The notes under the pieces were generated by a model, which was not told the DNA's origin, did no database searches, and was given only the letters and a program-made list of their open reading frames with translations. Position numbers and translations under genes: made by a program. This document shows positions 51,515 through 52,272 of a stretch of DNA of 52,272 nt, one piece after another. Source of the DNA: Geosiphon pyriformis uo1 (lineage: Eukaryota; Fungi; Glomeromycota); assembly GCA_016748015.1 (NCBI GenBank), contig JAAOMT010000528.1, positions 1 through 52,272 on the forward strand. The letters run 5' to 3'. Position 1 is the first letter of the stretch, and each line of letters opens with the position of its first letter.

Positions 51515-52143
51515 TTAGGGATATGGATAGGGATAGGGATATTTATAGGGATAGGGATATTTATAGGGATATTTATAGGGATAGGGATAAGGATAGGGAT
51601 AGGGATATTTATAGAGATAGGGATAGGGATAGGGATATTTATAGGGATAGGGATATTTATAGGGATAGGGATAGGGATATTTATAGGGATAGGGTTAGGG
51701 ATAGGGTTAGGGTTAGGGTTAGGGTTAGGGATAGGGATAGGGATAGGGATATTTATAGGGTTAGGGATATTTATAGGGATATTTATAGGGATAGGGATAT
51801 TTATAGGGATAGGGATATTTATAGGGATAGGGATATTTATAGGGATATTTATAGGGATATTTATAGGGATAGGGATAGGGATAGGGATAGGGATATTTAT
51901 AGGGATAAGGATAGGGATAGGGATAGGGATAGGGATAGGGATAGGGATAGGGATAGGGATAGGGATAGGGATAGGGATAGGGATAGGGATAGGGATAGGG
52001 ATAGGGATAGGGATAGGATAGGGATAGGGATAGGGATAGGGATAGGGATAGGGATAGGGATAGGGATAGGGATAGGGATAGGGATAGGGATATTTATAGA
52101 GATAGGGATAGGGATAGGGATAGGGATAGGGATAGGGATAGGG
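51515..52143 (+). repeat. Variant telomeric array (ATAGGG with interspersed ATATTT and a few TTAGGG)
   Basis: 6-bp periodic array, with a TTAGGG island at about 51695-51730 and one unit at about 51761. Confidence 0.95.
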
Positions 52144-52272
52144 TTAGGGTTAGGGTTAGGGTTAGGGTTAGGGTTAGGGTTAGGGTTAGGGTTAGGGTTA
52201 GGGTTAGGGTTAGGGTTAGGGTTAGGGTTAGGGTTAGGGTTAGGGTTAGGGTTAGGGTTAGGGTTAGGGTAG
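52144..52272 (+). repeat. Telomere (TTAGGG)n, 21 perfect units
   Basis: G-rich strand running 5'->3' to the end of the sequence. Confidence 0.97.

Noticed and set aside
51496-52272. DR/IG/LG-repeat ORFs
   Set aside because: Stop-free translation of telomeric hexamers, with no evidence of coding.

Overview
This is a eukaryotic, very AT-rich chromosome end that finishes in a (TTAGGG)n telomere. Its gene content suggests a glomeromycete fungus (an inference; the repeats recall Geosiphon-type assemblies). From left to right: (i) a head-to-head pair of disrupted Sel1-repeat/Cys-rich/kinase paralogs (1.7-9.4 kb); (ii) a second head-to-head pair of small secreted Cys/Trp-rich peptide genes (11.0-13.2 kb), one of which is missing from the ORF track; (iii) decayed repeats, including a solo LTR with terminal inverted repeats and a TSD, two tandem arrays and LINE-like remnants (15-25 kb); (iv) one intact, CpG-rich spliced gene for a SAM-like + P-loop NTPase + restriction-endonuclease-like (Crinkler/CR-effector type) protein, with a candidate 6-bp micro-exon (25.9-29.4 kb); (v) three copies of an apparently ORF1-only retroelement, two with poly(A) tails (30.5-38.2 kb); (vi) a Crinkler-like pseudogene interrupted by a nested stack of three related Ty3/gypsy elements, the first carrying a dUTPase. 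The last element is cut about 100 bp into its internal region and capped by about 630 bp of variant telomere repeats (ATAGGG/ATATTT), then canonical TTAGGG. Repeated sequences show pervasive C>T/G>A decay. All calls come from manual reading; no searches were run.
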